Translations under genes and position numbers: made by a program
In this document: piece after piece, positions 49,724-64,000 of the stretch
Position numbering within the stretch: the stretch's first letter is position 1
Layout: the number at the start of each line of letters is the position of its first letter
NCBI GenBank assembly: GCA_037379345.1
Contig: CM074520.1
Coordinates: 2,356,001 to 2,420,000 of the forward strand
DNA length: 64,000 nucleotides
Reading direction: 5' to 3'
DNA from: Perna viridis
Taxonomy: Eukaryota
The notes under the pieces: generated by a model
What the model was told of the DNA's origin: nothing
Database searches by the model: none
What the model saw: only the letters and a program-made list of their open reading frames with translations

Positions 49724-51299
49724 AGCAGTTTAATTTTTTAATTGTTTCTGCTTTGCTAAGTGTACAGTGCATCAGTTATTCTGATACATTTAGTAATGAC
49801 TGTATACATACATATTTGACCAAATTTACAGTTACTTTAAGTGAAAGCTGTATGTAAACCTAACCCTGTATAAAAGGTACACATGTCAAAACCAATCAAG
49901 TTCTCAGGTCCTAATTATGTTTCAATGAAATGATAACCTGACTCACTTTGGAAAGTTTCATCATAATCAACTACTAACAAAACAATGAAAAGATGACATG
50001 AAAACCCCCCTTTTATTGTTGCTTTTGTATTAATCTGAATTCTCCAGATATAATGACCTTCTAACGAAGATGAGAGGAAGCTAAAAGTAAACATATAATG
50101 TTTGGTAAAGTTGACGTTAATCTCCTCCAAGACTTAATAACATATGTTTTATACTTAAAGAAAATATCGATAATCTGAAGATACATTTTTAGTTATTGTG
50201 CTCTAGGTTCGATGTTAATGTTGCCAACTTGTGCAAGCCATGTTCAGTTAGCATCTCATGTGAGGTCTCATTTTTGATTGTGCAGAAATTTTCAGGTAAT
50301 GTTTTTTTATTCCGCAATCACAATTTGATGAAATACCACACACAATCTCTGATGTGAAATCTGTGAAAATCTGAAGAAACAGTTGCTGAATTGTTGCACA
50401 ATAAAAAATGTGTGTTTTTTTTTCTGAATAGTGATAGAATACTGCTTTGTTATTTTTTAAACTATGCATTGCAATGAACTCCAGTAATGAAAACACAATT
50501 TATTCTTAGTGATACTGTAGATAAAAGATTAAATCATCCACATTTTCTTCTACTAAACTTCATCGGTCTGTGGAGATTTGAATAAGAATTTGTAGTTATA
50601 CAAAAAGCTGCATTTGTTGGTGTACTAGGTATACCCTCACTTCTTCCACATAGTAAAAAGTGGTGTAAAGTCCCACACAACATGAAGCTGATATGAAGCA
50701 TCATCCAAAATCACTTACAAGGTATTTTTAAGGCCACATACCAAATTTGAAACCTTGTCGCCATTCCATGGGAGACTAGATAACTCAAAAGACAAGGTGG
50801 TTCCACCCGCTCATTGTGAATAATAAATTCTACAATCGGTAGAAAATAGCCTATTTCTGATTTACAGGCATTTATATCAATTATGTTAATATATTTTATC
50901 ATCATTACTTCAATATATGGTGTAAACTAATTAGCCCAAAATTTAATCAGTTATAGTAATTTTCAGTTTTATAATCAATATAATATCTTTAGTTATGCTT
51001 TCAGATAAAACGACTATTCTAAGACTATTGCTAAGACCTAAGTTAAGTTGTTTTTTTAACACCAATTTCTGCAGGTAGGTTTACTAATGAATTAAGATAC
51101 TAAAACAAAATTTAGTCTACTTGGCTGAATAAAGAGCATGGAGTAATATGCCATGACACCATGATATTTTGCCAAATAACCAACTTTGATACTTAAGGTT
51201 GTCATTATGAACTTGTGGATCATTATGGTGTATCCACCTGCACTATGACAATTGATTTGTTCAACATGTCATAGTTTTCCTTTCCTCTTTCGTCTTCCT

Positions 51300-51545
51300 C
51301 GGACTAAACTTTTCATGAGCAACTCTGCAACTGTTTCAAGAAAAGCAGAGGACACTTACCCTATCAGTACACCTGGTCCGAGTTTTCAGTGGTGTCTGAG
51401 TTGGTAATTTACTTTTGTTGATTTGTACCTATTATTTAAGTTATTGAATGTTCTATGTTGTGTTTGTCTAATTTCAACGGCTGGTCTTTGTTCCTGGATT
51501 CTTTTGATTTCCACTAGAATCTTGGTTCCCTTGATCACTCTTATA
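51300..51545 (+). repeat. Decayed dispersed repeat (family not assigned)
   Basis: Its 3' part matches 49335-49430; the left boundary is approximate. Confidence 0.4.
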
Positions 51546-51828
51546 AAATAACTTTCACATTCCTCCACTTACTTTCCTCTTATATACACTAACAGACTTA
51601 GATAAGTACATAATATTACTACAAAGCAGGTAGAAGTTAATATTATGATATATTTAACCAAAACTTTCAACCATAGCTTTAATGATATAACTGACAACAA
51701 ACCCTGCTTACTTAGCTGCTAACTTCAAAGACAGCGATTGCATGCTAATGCATTAACATCCTTCAATTTACTCTTTAAAAAACACAAACGACGACAATAT
51801 TAGCAATACCATGTAATTATCAACTTAC

Positions 51829-52170
51829 CGTTTAAAATGATTCACAAAGACGACAAGACGAAATGTTTGCTTATTAATATCCATGCACACGACCATACAC
51901 CAACAAAAGTGCTTGTCCAATATTATCTAATGAAACTACCAATTGATAGTTTTTATCATAATGATCAACGAAGGGCTTCACTCTGTTGATATAAAGGATA
52001 TTAATACTGGTATTACGTAATCCATCCTACTTTGTACAAAATCCTCAGATTGTAGAATAAACATAGAAACCATTAGAAGGCCAGTGTTTTTTTGTATGAA
52101 GAGCCATTAAAGCCATAAGAGACACTATGTATGGAAGCTGGGGTTCTTCGCAGAACAAACAGCGAAACCA
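51829..52170 (-). other. Candidate upstream or first exon in a CpG-retaining patch (5' boundary uncertain)
   Basis: Consensus donor CG|GTAAGTT after 51829 and visibly more CpG than the surrounding DNA. Confidence 0.3.
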
Positions 52171-54688
52171 TTAGACCTACTTCAGGAAATCATTTAAATC
52201 TGTGATGTAATAGATCTTTTAATGGTTGTAAATGGACACAGCCTTATCTTTGATGCCTAATGTGACTTCATGGAGAAAGTTGGATTCAAATACATGTTGT
52301 AATATAGGAATCATCATAGCAGGGTGCATCTGAATTATAGAATCAAATTACATGTCTGCAAATGTACTTTTCATGTGACCTAGTAAAAGCTTTACCAGTA
52401 ATCCAAGTTTTGCAATTTGCTGATTAAGTATTAAGTATAATGAAGCTGACAATGAATGCCGTGAACTACAAAATATGGTTTGATAAGATGAAGTAATACC
52501 AAGGGAGATAATATACTTTTAGCTCATTCTTCCAATTTAATACACCTAAGTTTGATACAATGTTGTAACCCTTATCCAAGATCTGAACAGGACTTAGTTA
52601 TCAAAAATACTGAATCAACTATGAAGTTTACAGAGTTTGAAAATGATGTTTTCTTTCTCCACCATTAGCATCAAACTAAACCATCAATACATGAAGAGTA
52701 AGTAAGTACTGGTCAAAGCATTAAAACTAGAAACTATACCCCATGCCATCCCAACTGACATATCTCCCCATAAAACAACAGATTCCTTTAACACCCAGTC
52801 CTTATCTCCCCATCTGTAGACTGACATCCCTTTATCAAAGTGATTTACTGGTCATCATGCCTTATCACCCCCTACTCTATCCCCTTATCATACTCTTTGA
52901 TCATCCTTATCTGAAGACCTTCTAATGGACATAACCAAACTCTTATTGTATACCAGGAAGTAAAAAGAGGGAGAAGAGCTCAAATTAAGACTTCATGGGT
53001 TGATTTTATTACTATCTTGTCTTTACACCTGTTCATTGCAAGTAGTTAGTAGGTTTCTAATTCCTGTATAAATGTACATGATATGATTATTCGGTATAAT
53101 AACAAAGAAGGCTTCTTCGGCACTTTCAGGATCACGACATCAACTTTAAGTCAAATGACACAGATGCCTTGCACAGCACTTCCAAGACTATGGAGTAGTA
53201 CCTTGGTCAGCATTTTAATGGACCTTGCCATAGTGGACTTGCCCAGCACTCTTAAGTTAAAAACAATAGGGTGTTTGTATCGAAAAGTTCCTGATTAACA
53301 AGTAAGGAACATCTGTACCAAGTTTCATGATGATATTCTAAGTGCTCTAAATATCACCACAAAGCACAAAAAACTGATAACTGAACTAACCTTGTATGAG
53401 CACTTTTATATTTATCTTGAAATTTTCTCAACCTTTAGAAATAAGAGTATTTATCAAACTAAATAACAAAGGCAAATACTGCCTTCATCAAGCAGATTTT
53501 CTTCTATTGTTGATTGAACAAGTCACATATTACCATTTTATCTTCTCAAAATTTTATCAGAAACCACTGGCATAGACTGGTTTCTAATATTACAGTTCAA
53601 GAATCAAAAGGTCTAACTACCTGTAATCTGCTACCCACAGGTAATTAATCCAGGTGTGAAAAATGATAAGGTAAAAACGCTGTAATAATTTCTTTGTTTT
53701 CCAAATTATACAGCAAATTATTACATTTTTACCATTATTGAAAGTCAATAGCAAATGATAACATCTGCCTTATTCTTTGACATAGAAACAGTAGGGGTAC
53801 CTCATAATGAATATTTCAATTTCAAGCAACTTATTCTAAACTGACCATAACAGCAAAAACAGTAAAAGTCCCATTACAAACTCAAAAATGTTTCCATGCA
53901 TTGCTACAATTTTCTTTTACTGATGGAACTCACATTTAATTTAAAAGACTAAAAAAACTGCACCCATCACCCTTTAAGCTAGATTATCTTGCCAAGAACA
54001 CAAAGTGTTTATTTGGAGATTGAAAGACAGGAAACTTCCATGCATCACCATATCTTGAAATGAATCCGTAAATAGCGATTACTTTCACCATTTATAAGCT
54101 GTCTAATAGACAGATAGATGGATTTCTATCTACTTGTATGTTTTTGATAAGCCATTTCTCATTCAATAAACAATATTTTTTATCTTTTGTAAAGTCTTTC
54201 AGAATTGAGATTTTTATGCAGAATCAATATTCTGACAGATAGTTTTTCTATCATAAGTCTAGCAAAGTAGATTCGATTCCATCGGGACAAATCCCAGATA
54301 CATAATAGCCAATCTTATATTGCCCCTCAGATCAAAACAGACATAAATGGTTTGCCTACATGAAAGGCAATTAGAAAAACAAACTACAGCTGAAATAGAT
54401 GTGGTATATAATGATTTGAGGCCTTCATAGTGAAAGACAACTTGAAATAATACAAGATCATATTGGGACTTCGATTGTTTGTGATTAAAGCAAAAACATA
54501 TCCAAACCTGCCCTGGTCTTCTCTAATTCAACATATAAGCTACAAATGTCTTGAATAAAGGATTTTCTATCCTGTTTTTAAGCCAAAGTTTCAAAAGTTT
54601 CTTGAGAAAAATACCAAAAACTAATAGTACAACAAAATCAGTGAAGCGTGTCATATCTTTAGGCTAGCCATTGACTTAAATCAGATTT

Positions 54689-55335
54689 AAACAAAGGCTC
54701 CCAGGAGCACGAATCAATCATCTGGTTTAAATTTTTCTTTCAAGGGCAATAAAATTAACAAGGAGTTGTCCAACAATTTTGACCCAAGAAGACTGGTAGG
54801 ACTCATCATAAAGATCATTTCAGCAATTAAAAGTTTCTATCTATTATAATTTTCAAGATATTGACTGAAAACTGCAAAAAAAAACCCATCATTTTTCATC
54901 TTTCAAAGGCAATAAGGACCTTTTCAACAACTGAAAGAGTTGGGCTAAACCTAACAGTTTTGGAGATATATGCGAAAAACTACTGTCCGACCCCTATGTT
55001 CTATTTTTAGTAATAGCAGCCATGTTTTTTGACCAATCAAAAATCCCCACCACAGTTCTAACTTGAAAACTTGCACTTTAACCCTGTCAGGATTTAGTTT
55101 AACAAAATAATTTTGGAGATATATGCAAAACAAACTACTGTCTGACCCCAATTTTCTATTTTTAGTAATGGCGGCCATGTTTTTTTATGGAAAAAACATT
55201 CATACCAAGTTTGGTTTCAATTGGTCGAGTAGTGTCAGAGGAGAAGAGTTTTGAAAAATTGTTAATGACGATGGATGACAACGTCAACTGATGGCAATAG
55301 CTCACATTGCCTGTAGCCAGGTGAGCTAAAAAAAA
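54689..55335 (+). mobile_element. Non-autonomous Helentron/HINE (MgE/pearl-like) element
   Basis: AAACAAAGGCTCCCAGGAGC head; two internal core repeats about 153 bp apart (TTTTGGAGATATATGC...GCCATGTTTTTT at about 54958 and 55111); GACG/GATG microsatellite remnant; 3' hairpin TAGCTCAC...GTGAGCTA followed by an A run. Confidence 0.7.
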
Positions 55336-58300
55336 GGTGGTCCCTCTGCCCTTTCCAAAACATGGAACACAAATGTCAAAACCCTGATGACAATCTGTAT
55401 GAGAAATAAATATAGAACTAGGCCAAGAGAGTTTTAGGGTATAAGGCTGTTTGTTTACATGGCAAACACTGGCCGTATTGTACTTTCATAGTCTATAGCA
55501 TGCTAATATCTCATTAGTATACCTTTTACATTTTCTGTCTACATGCTCATGAAATCTATTGATAAAACATTAAATTTAATTATAACAGGAAATATTTTCC
55601 TCCAGATTTTATTAGAAGCGAGTTAATGCAATGAATACAACATTACACCACCCACTTATACAGCTAATGTACTTCCTGATTCAAGGTCATTCCATTCTTC
55701 TCTTTTCCAGTGGAATTGGCTATTTTTATCTTGTAACACCCGTTAGGCAGATAAAAAAAATGGGATTCTGGCAGTTGGAACACTCTTTGTGTGTGTTTGT
55801 GTGGAAACGTTTCTACAGCCAGGTTAACTGCACAAACTCTGAATCTTGGCATAAAGCACTCGAGGGACTTACGTACACATAACTCATAAACAAACCAATG
55901 GGACTTACATGCATGTATGTCTTACGTAAGCTTTGTGAAGCAATGCCCTGGAGGAGATTGGCAACACAAAACAGTTTTTAGGGGGAGTGGGTAGGTAGGT
56001 GCATGTGGGTAGGTGTAGTACTATGATACTGTAAACAGTTCTACATCTTCATCCTATAACCATGCACTTTCCAAAAAATGTCTAGGTCTTTTTTTATCAT
56101 TCAAGGCAGCTGCATACGATATGAAGAAAAAATATGTTATATTTTATCTGTAAATGACCATTTCAATTTTTTCCAGATCTGTACTGATGAACCAATTGTC
56201 CTGGACAGCTGCTGCCTTTGAACTAGGTGACAAAACATGGAATCCATTGATTGAAACAGAAACAGTTACACTGGCAAAATTAAATTATATATACTTTCAG
56301 GTTGATAAAGATACAAGGACTCAAGCTGCACTAATCCGAGTGATAACAAATGGTTGATAGTCAATAGATTGTTATGTAAAGTGGTTCTAGCTAATCAGAT
56401 TATATACTGTAGCTTGACCAAGATCATGGAATCTGGTCAGGGGTGAATCAGGTAACAAAACATGTCTGTATTTCCTAATGACTGTTACACCTAGCATATG
56501 TTGAGAATTGAATTACATGTATATCATTCTGCTTCATAGAAACCATTGTAGCCTTTCCTAGTACATGAAACATCTTTGAGTGTTAATGTAACATCATATT
56601 GATGTCTCTTTTTTTGTGTCAAATTCTATATAATTCACCTAATACTTCTACAGAAGAGCACTTAAATGATGAAAACTTGTTTCTTATGCGACAGAAAAAA
56701 GGTCTTAAATCCAATAACATATCTAACAAAGCAGAGAAACCAAATATCAATAAAGAGTTTTACTTCTATTTCTTATTTCAAACCAAGACTATGGAACTAT
56801 AGCTGACCATCGTGACAATGTGACAACACCATGGACTAAAAGCTATTGATCCAATGACAGAACCATCTACATGGAAAAATCAAATTATAGCGGTCTATCA
56901 TGGTTGACCAAGATTTGTATGGCCACTGGGTTAGATATAGGATCAATATGTGATGGTATTATCTTCTAAGATGGTGTTAAGAATGTATGGCTATATTTTG
57001 TTCTTTATGCTCACAGCAGGGTTCATGGTATTAAGCATTCAGTGAGTAATTAGCACTAGATAGACTGATGGTATTGAATTAGTTATAAATTCTTCTATAA
57101 GCTTCCTTAGTAATGTGTATATATGAAGCTCAGGTGTTTGACAAGTCAATGTTAAAGAATTCCTGGTTCAATTTTTAAAAAGTACTTTCAAAGGCTCCTA
57201 ATGAATGGGCACAGAAGTTATATTACTGCACTCACTGGGCATAGTTCCACAAATGAAACCACAAGTGGCTGCTGGTATTCTTATAATGTATCTTTGAATG
57301 GTGAACTTACATGTAATATTACAAGTATTTCATATATGTCACTCTGTGTTTGAGGGGATCTATCTTTTTTCAGTTCCATATCTCTATATACAATTAATTT
57401 AAAAAAAAAAACCATTTATATCTTTCTGCACTAAGGTTTTCTATTATCAGTCAGAACATTAAATTTACCAACTTTTCACTATAATTGCAATATTTAATGC
57501 AATGTCAGAAATTGTCAAGACTCTCCTTGATATATGTGAACAAAACTAATTTCCTTGTATATCAAAGTTGATGAGTAAAAGGTTTGTAAGCTTATTTCCA
57601 TGGAGTTTTATTATGCAGAAAAGACAATGTCTGGCCTCTGTCAGTGTCTCAGACTTGTCAAAATATGAATTAAAAATAAAATGCCAGGAATATGTCATAA
57701 ACACAGACTGCTATCGATTGCCCATCATTGCCTCCTTACTGATATTAACTGTCGATTGACTGTGTCTACTTGTCTATGCTTTCATTAACTTACTGGAACC
57801 ATCATGCATAATCACAAGAATCCGACATCTTTTAGAAGGATTAGTTTACAAGAACTAACCAAGTGTGTTGAATATGTTTTAAGACATAGTGGGGGATACG
57901 AAAATACTTTGTGGGTAGGTTGGTGTTATAGATACATAAAAGTGCTGTGAGCACTACAGGCATTTATCTCTGTATGAATATTATAAGAACTAGGAATTTT
58001 AATGTCTGAAGTATGAATTACAAATAAATTTACTTGCAGTTGTGCAATACACTTTCATTATGATGTAATGACCGGGACAAACTGTTCTAATCATTTATTT
58101 TTAGACAGATGGTCCCCCTTTTCCATGATGACACCTTTAGCTGTTAGTCACAAGTCAATATTGACTATGACAACTGATAAGGGTAAGACTTTATTTGCCA
58201 ACCATGTCTTCCAATGTGTGATCAATAGGGATTAATCCCACCTCCACAAAGGATAAGTAATAGGATTAACTCCCCTGCAGTCTTACATAATACACATTGT

Positions 58301-61300
58301 CAGGGTATGTGTTAGAATTATACAACATACTGATCATTTTTTTGATCTGGTTAAAAGGTGTCATACCACTATTTCTGGTCTCCATTACTTTCTATGTTAA
58401 ATTCAGATTTTTATAAGGCTAAGGCTCATTAGTACATTAGTACTGATGGTGCTAGAGGGGTATCATTATGATGGTCACCCTTTACCTGAACTCTCAGAAA
58501 AATATCAACATACCTTATGTACCTTCTAAGAAAGAACGTTAAAGTGAAAGTAGACAGGTGCAGAAATCACTACTTTCGTTTTGAAATTTAGCCATATGAA
58601 GTTGTTAGAGTACTGCTGATTCATTCAGCTTTTCGATGACACCAAGTTTGTATACCTCTACTAAACAAGGAGAATGATAGGGTGCAATATTAGGACTTCG
58701 TGTCATTACGAACTACTTTCTTGTATGTTCAGGCGACTGGTTTCCGAAATAGTGGTATTACACCTAAAGGTCATCCCCCTTTTTGACAACTGGCAAGGAT
58801 TAACAGTAAAAGAACTTTGAAAGTATCCAACTGTGTGACCTAACAAACATTTAAGAGCAACTAGTACCTTCTAAATACATTTGAAAACTTGTGGTTTAAG
58901 ACCAAGTGATTTAGTGTATTGGCATACATAAGAATAAACTTCATTGATACCCTTCCTGATTCCATACATTATTCAAGTCCAATAGATTGTGTCTACATTA
59001 TTAAGATTTGTAATGTGTTCTACAAAAGATAGAAAAGTTCAGTGGGTTTATTTACTGTAAATTCAGAAAAATACTGCAAACAAACTGACAACAAACGGCA
59101 GTAATAAAAACTGGAACAACTAACATTCTATTTACTATTCATATGACATGATTGCTATAATCGACACATGCAATAATGTCTAAATTTTCAGCAGGTTAAG
59201 AAATAATTAATAAACATATCTTTCCAACAATGTTAATATGAACTATGATGCAAGAAGTTTTACTTGTTATCCCCTTTCAATGTTGGCAAAATCTGAGAGA
59301 ATTCCTGAGGGTATTTTTTCAATTCAACTTTAAAATAGACACTTACCAGCTTTCTTTGAATCTTTCTACTTTGCACAACAGGAACCATGAATTTCTGTTT
59401 CCATTGTGCTGACCATAATTACATGTGTCTAACCAATACAGATGGCAATAATACTCAATACAAACTTATCTTCAATATCAACAAGCTTGATTTATAAAAA
59501 ATCTGATTAGAAATGAGAAATGAAGAAGTTCATTTTGTCTCAATATTTCTGCAATAGATTGATCACTGGAATACAAGCTTCATAGTTATAAACCCAGGGA
59601 TGAAACAGAGGGAGTTTATAAAGCCCTCTTTAATTGGTTACTGATAGAAAGAGATGAGTTTTACATCAGTTTAAACTGAAGAGATACAAGTTATAATTAT
59701 GTCAATGAAAACAGAATAGACAGCGGTACGTTAATAATGTACAGCTTCAGAAGTCACTTGATTGAAGTTAGTACTGGTACTTCATACCAATTGTGAGGTA
59801 AATACCAACTAAGTAACATCATTACACTTTTTATAATTAACACAATCATCTATAGATATGATTGTTTTAATGTATACTAATTATATAATTATGACACAAC
59901 AAGTTATGGAACATAGAATGTCTTTTACCAGTACTTAAAAATTTCATTTAGGAACTAACAAGATGTCTCCATTTTTCAAGTTGATCAGTGAACTATATAA
60001 TTTCAATGCAAGGTTATGTAACAATTCAATCCCATGTCAAAACCTTCCTTTATAAAGGTACTATGATGAAAAAAGATCTGGAAAGGCAAACATTAGGAAT
60101 ATCTTAATTGTCTTGATCATTTGACACACTTTGTGAACACTTAAAACCACTTCAATGACATTACAGGACTATCTGCCACAGAAGCTGGTTCTGTAATTGT
60201 GACCTTCATATAAACTTTCTATTAATCAAGGATCATGTTATTATCTACTGACCAGTAATTACAGGAGATACATCAATACCACAGCCAGACAATTAACAAC
60301 TGTCCTCCATCATGGTGGATCATTATGTTACTATAGACTGTGAATGTTCATTGTAATAATTATCATTATGGGATATGCTGGAAGTCATTGATGGGTAATT
60401 ATTGTCCCTAAGGTCATCTCAGGTGAGAATCTGACTAGACATCAGGTAATGTGTATTGGTATTGGACATCAAAAGGCCTTTCAAATAATTGATGGTGAAG
60501 TGACTTGAAATAAAAAAAAATATTACCATTTACATATAAAACACTAATATTATCATTATTTAAAAAAAAATGTCAAGGATTTCAACAAATTTCTTTAAAA
60601 TTAACCAGAAATATTTTTAAAAATTGATAAAAAAAATCAATGCCTAAGCTTGATTTCTGGATGAAAGAACCTAGTGAACATTCTCACATAACCAAGGCCT
60701 CTTTATATTGGACCTCTACACTCACAAAGTGGTCCCTACAGACTACATTGTAAATTATTACCATCCAAACTTAGAATACTTCACTTATGTCTGAAGGAAA
60801 TCTATTGAGAAACAATGAAGACCACAACAATATAGTGATAATGGATACAGACAGACACCATTCAAAACTTTGTTAAATACCATGCAGACAGTCAAATTAA
60901 AAATAACTATTACAAAACATTCATGACAGACAACAAACATAAGTATACACAGAAAAACAATGTCAAACTTATTTATACAATAGACATTGAAGAGCTAGAG
61001 GAAGCTATGACAAAACAATACATATGTAATCTTCATTTTTAAATTGTTCCTTTATTCTATCATCATTGTGTAATTGTCATCTAATGAGCAACAATGAGGG
61101 TTGTATCCACAACCAATTAGGAAATCTAAAAGGTCAATTCATAGAAAAACATAATTCAAAAAGAATGCCCCACCTATAACATCAAAGAGTTTTAGTCCCA
61201 AGACACCATACCCAAGTTGAATACCAAATTTTAACTCATTCCCAAGAAAGGCTTTGAAGTTTTAGCAGGCAAATATCTTTAAATGTCCATAGCATCAATA

Positions 61301-61729
61301 CTTGAAACATAAAGCCCAAAAGCAAGGTCATAAAAAAATACCATATAAAACAGTAACTGCATCTTTGAACCAACATCCCCGGTGATGAAATAATACATAC
61401 AAAAGACAAGGCCAGCAGTAAGTGCAAAGTTGTGCTAAGAGCTTTCTGTACCTGTATTGTCATAATATAATACAACAAGACACAACTCCATAACAAGACA
61501 AATATAAAAGTTCCCAAGAATTTAATGCTAGAACACATGGAATGGATGTATAACAGTACATATAGCTTCAGCAATCATCAGTTTCCTCTATAGAACACTT
61601 GGTATGGATGAGTAACAGTACCACTCAATATAATGCAAAATAGCATGGCCCATAAAACAGGAATTTAATATCCCACAACATACCTTACATTGTATACCTC
61701 TTCTATATAAAGCCACACATCAAAATTGA

Positions 61730-62563
61730 AATCAATCCATCCAAAGGGAGCCAAGAATCAATCCATCCACGAGGAGCCAAGAATCAATCCATCCAAGGGG
61801 AGCCAAGAATCAATCCACCCATGGGGAGCCAAGAATCAATCCATCCATGGGGAGCCAAGAATCAATCCATCCATGGGGAGCCAAGAATCAATCCATCCAA
61901 GGGGAGCCAAGAATCAATCCATCCATGGGGAGCCAAGAATCAATCCATCCATGGGGAGCCAAGAATCAATCCACCCAAGGGGAGCCAAGAATCAATCCAT
62001 CCATGGGGAGCCAAGAATCAATCCACCCATGGGGAGGCAAGAATCAATCCATCCATGGGGAGCCAAGAATCAATCCATCCATGGGGAGCCAAGTATAAAT
62101 CCATCCAAGGGGAGCCAAGAATCAATCCATCCATGGGGAGTTAAGAATCAATCCACCCATGGGGAGCCAAGAATCCATCCATCCACGGGGAGCCAAGAAT
62201 CAATCCATCCATGGGGAGCCAAGAATCAATCCACCCAAGGGGAGCCAAGAATCAATCCATCCATGGGGAGCCAAGAATCAATCCATCCATGGGGAGCCAA
62301 GAATAAATCCATCCAAGGGGAGCCAAGAATTAATCCATCCACAGGGAGCCATGAATCAATCCATCCACAGGGAGCCAAGAATCAATCCATCCAAGGAGAG
62401 CCAAGAATCAATCCACCCATGGGGAGCAAAGAATCAATCCACCCAAAGGGAGCCAAGAATCAATCCACCCATGGTGAGCCAAGAATCAATCCATCCATGG
62501 GGAGCCATGAATCAATCCATCCACGGAGAGCCAAGAATAAATCCATCCATGGGGAGCCAAGAA
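61730..62563. repeat. Minisatellite, 26-bp unit (AATCAATCCATCCATGGGGAGCCAAG), about 32 copies
   Basis: Direct reading. It explains the 289-aa ORF and the overlapping repetitive ORFs. Confidence 0.97.
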
Positions 62564-64000
62564 AACTCCAGAAGAAATCCAGAAGGATAGACTGAATGAC
62601 AAACAAGGTGATTCCAATATACCACCAACTAGTTAAATGGGGTATAAAATTCTCGAATTTAAATTACACTTACAAAAATATTGCCATGGTGATATCTTTT
62701 GTTTCATTAGAAAATGTAATTCCTGTGTTACATTTGTTAAGCAGAATGGCTTCTAATTTCCACAGAACGAAGTATATTAATATTATGCTAAAACAAAATC
62801 AGAAATAGTTAACATCAATATTGATGAAGTTGTCACTGGCTCTTAAGGGTGTCAAATATAATACCTATTAAAGACTAGAGTATATTGTTTACCTTTGTAT
62901 TCTACATCTAATTGACACTTCACTGAATATTTACCCAAGTTAATGTCAATACTTGGCTATAAATGGATGGAAAAATACAAGCATTTAACTAAATTGGTTC
63001 TTTTATTTGAGGATTGAATTGCAAATAAGACACACAAAGATAGCGTTTAACGTTTTATCTAATTGTAATTTTTTTTATCCTCCAACAAAGGACAGTAAAA
63101 TGAGCAAGCGACAGCTTGAGATGGTTTGGTTGTGTGTAGGACCTAGGACTGTTACACTATATTTAAATTAGTGTTGAATTTATCAATTCACCTTTAAGAA
63201 AAAGAGCAATAGAGAAGAACTCAATGTTCAGCAAAAATAAAAATTTTGATTTTCATTGGTTTAAAGTGTGAATTTTTATTCCTTTTATTAAGTTTAACCT
63301 TAAAACATTCATGATTTCCAAAGCTACAGGAATTAAATTTAATTAAACTTCATGAAAATCAATTTTGCAGCATGTCTCACAATCTTTTATGTCCTTTTTC
63401 AAACCTTGTTATTATCTCCCTTGAGAACTGGGAATTTGAAAGTATGTAAAAATCTAAATAAAGAAATATCGTATTTTCAATTTATTCTACAATAGAACTA
63501 TGTTGAACCAGAAATTAAATTATATCTTAATGCATAATTACTTAATTTCATTGTCCTATGTTTTCCAAGAGACAGTTACATTGATCAAGATTATGAAATA
63601 AATTTCATAATTTTTACCAACAACAAGAAAATCTATACACTAACCTTTTCAAGCAGCTTTCCAAATTAGCAGCTATTTATACCCCAACCAATAACAACAT
63701 ACTCCAATATTCTGTTAAAATACAGAAAAAAATATGTCAGTATTGAGGAATTATATGGAAATGGGACAAGAATCTCTGGCGTAGATCTGGATTATGTGAT
63801 TAAAATGGCACCAATCAATATTGACTGTTGAATGCTCAGGTTTCTGCTGGGATTTTCCATCTCTGGTACGTAAAATCTGATTTACTCCGAGATTCCTCAC
63901 ATTTTCAGTCAATGTACAGAATAAGATTAGCTCCAAATGCAATTCGTTTTCCATTTAAGGAGAGTTGGTTGTTTTTTGCCGATGTTTCAGCAGGAAGTAG

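Noticed and set aside
56154-56357. Plus-strand ORF with acceptor-like sites
   Set aside because: No partner exons or recognisable protein similarity.
61726-62595. 289-aa repetitive ORF and overlapping ORFs
   Set aside because: Same artefact: the 26-bp unit lacks stops on the plus strand, and there is no non-repetitive coding context.

Overview
AT-rich, CpG-depleted animal genomic DNA, not prokaryotic. The interspersed repeats look like those of bivalve molluscs (Mytilus-like; inference). The window holds the 5' part of one very large minus-strand gene. Four phase-compatible GT-AG coding exons (18422-18230, 9396-9037, 1137-826, 425-296) splice into about 331 aa of low-complexity protein with Ser/Glu, His and poly-Pro tracts and the motif DFEPHYLEQTASGNVYIP. 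I recognise this motif as the teneurin (Ten-m) intracellular domain; the gene continues beyond the left edge. Candidate non-coding 5' exons lie at 42250-42049 and near 51829. The rest is intron or upstream DNA with eight minisatellite arrays, several MITE/fold-back elements and non-autonomous Helentron (HINE)-like elements. It also holds a young 2.19 kb element with two 467-bp terminal direct repeats, each with its own TIRs (KolobokP-like), and a compact STAT/NF-kB/IRF-type motif cluster. Almost all other ORFs in the supplied track are chance ORFs or repeat read-through. I found no CRISPR array and no rRNA or tRNA gene. I found no clearly new multi-gene system.
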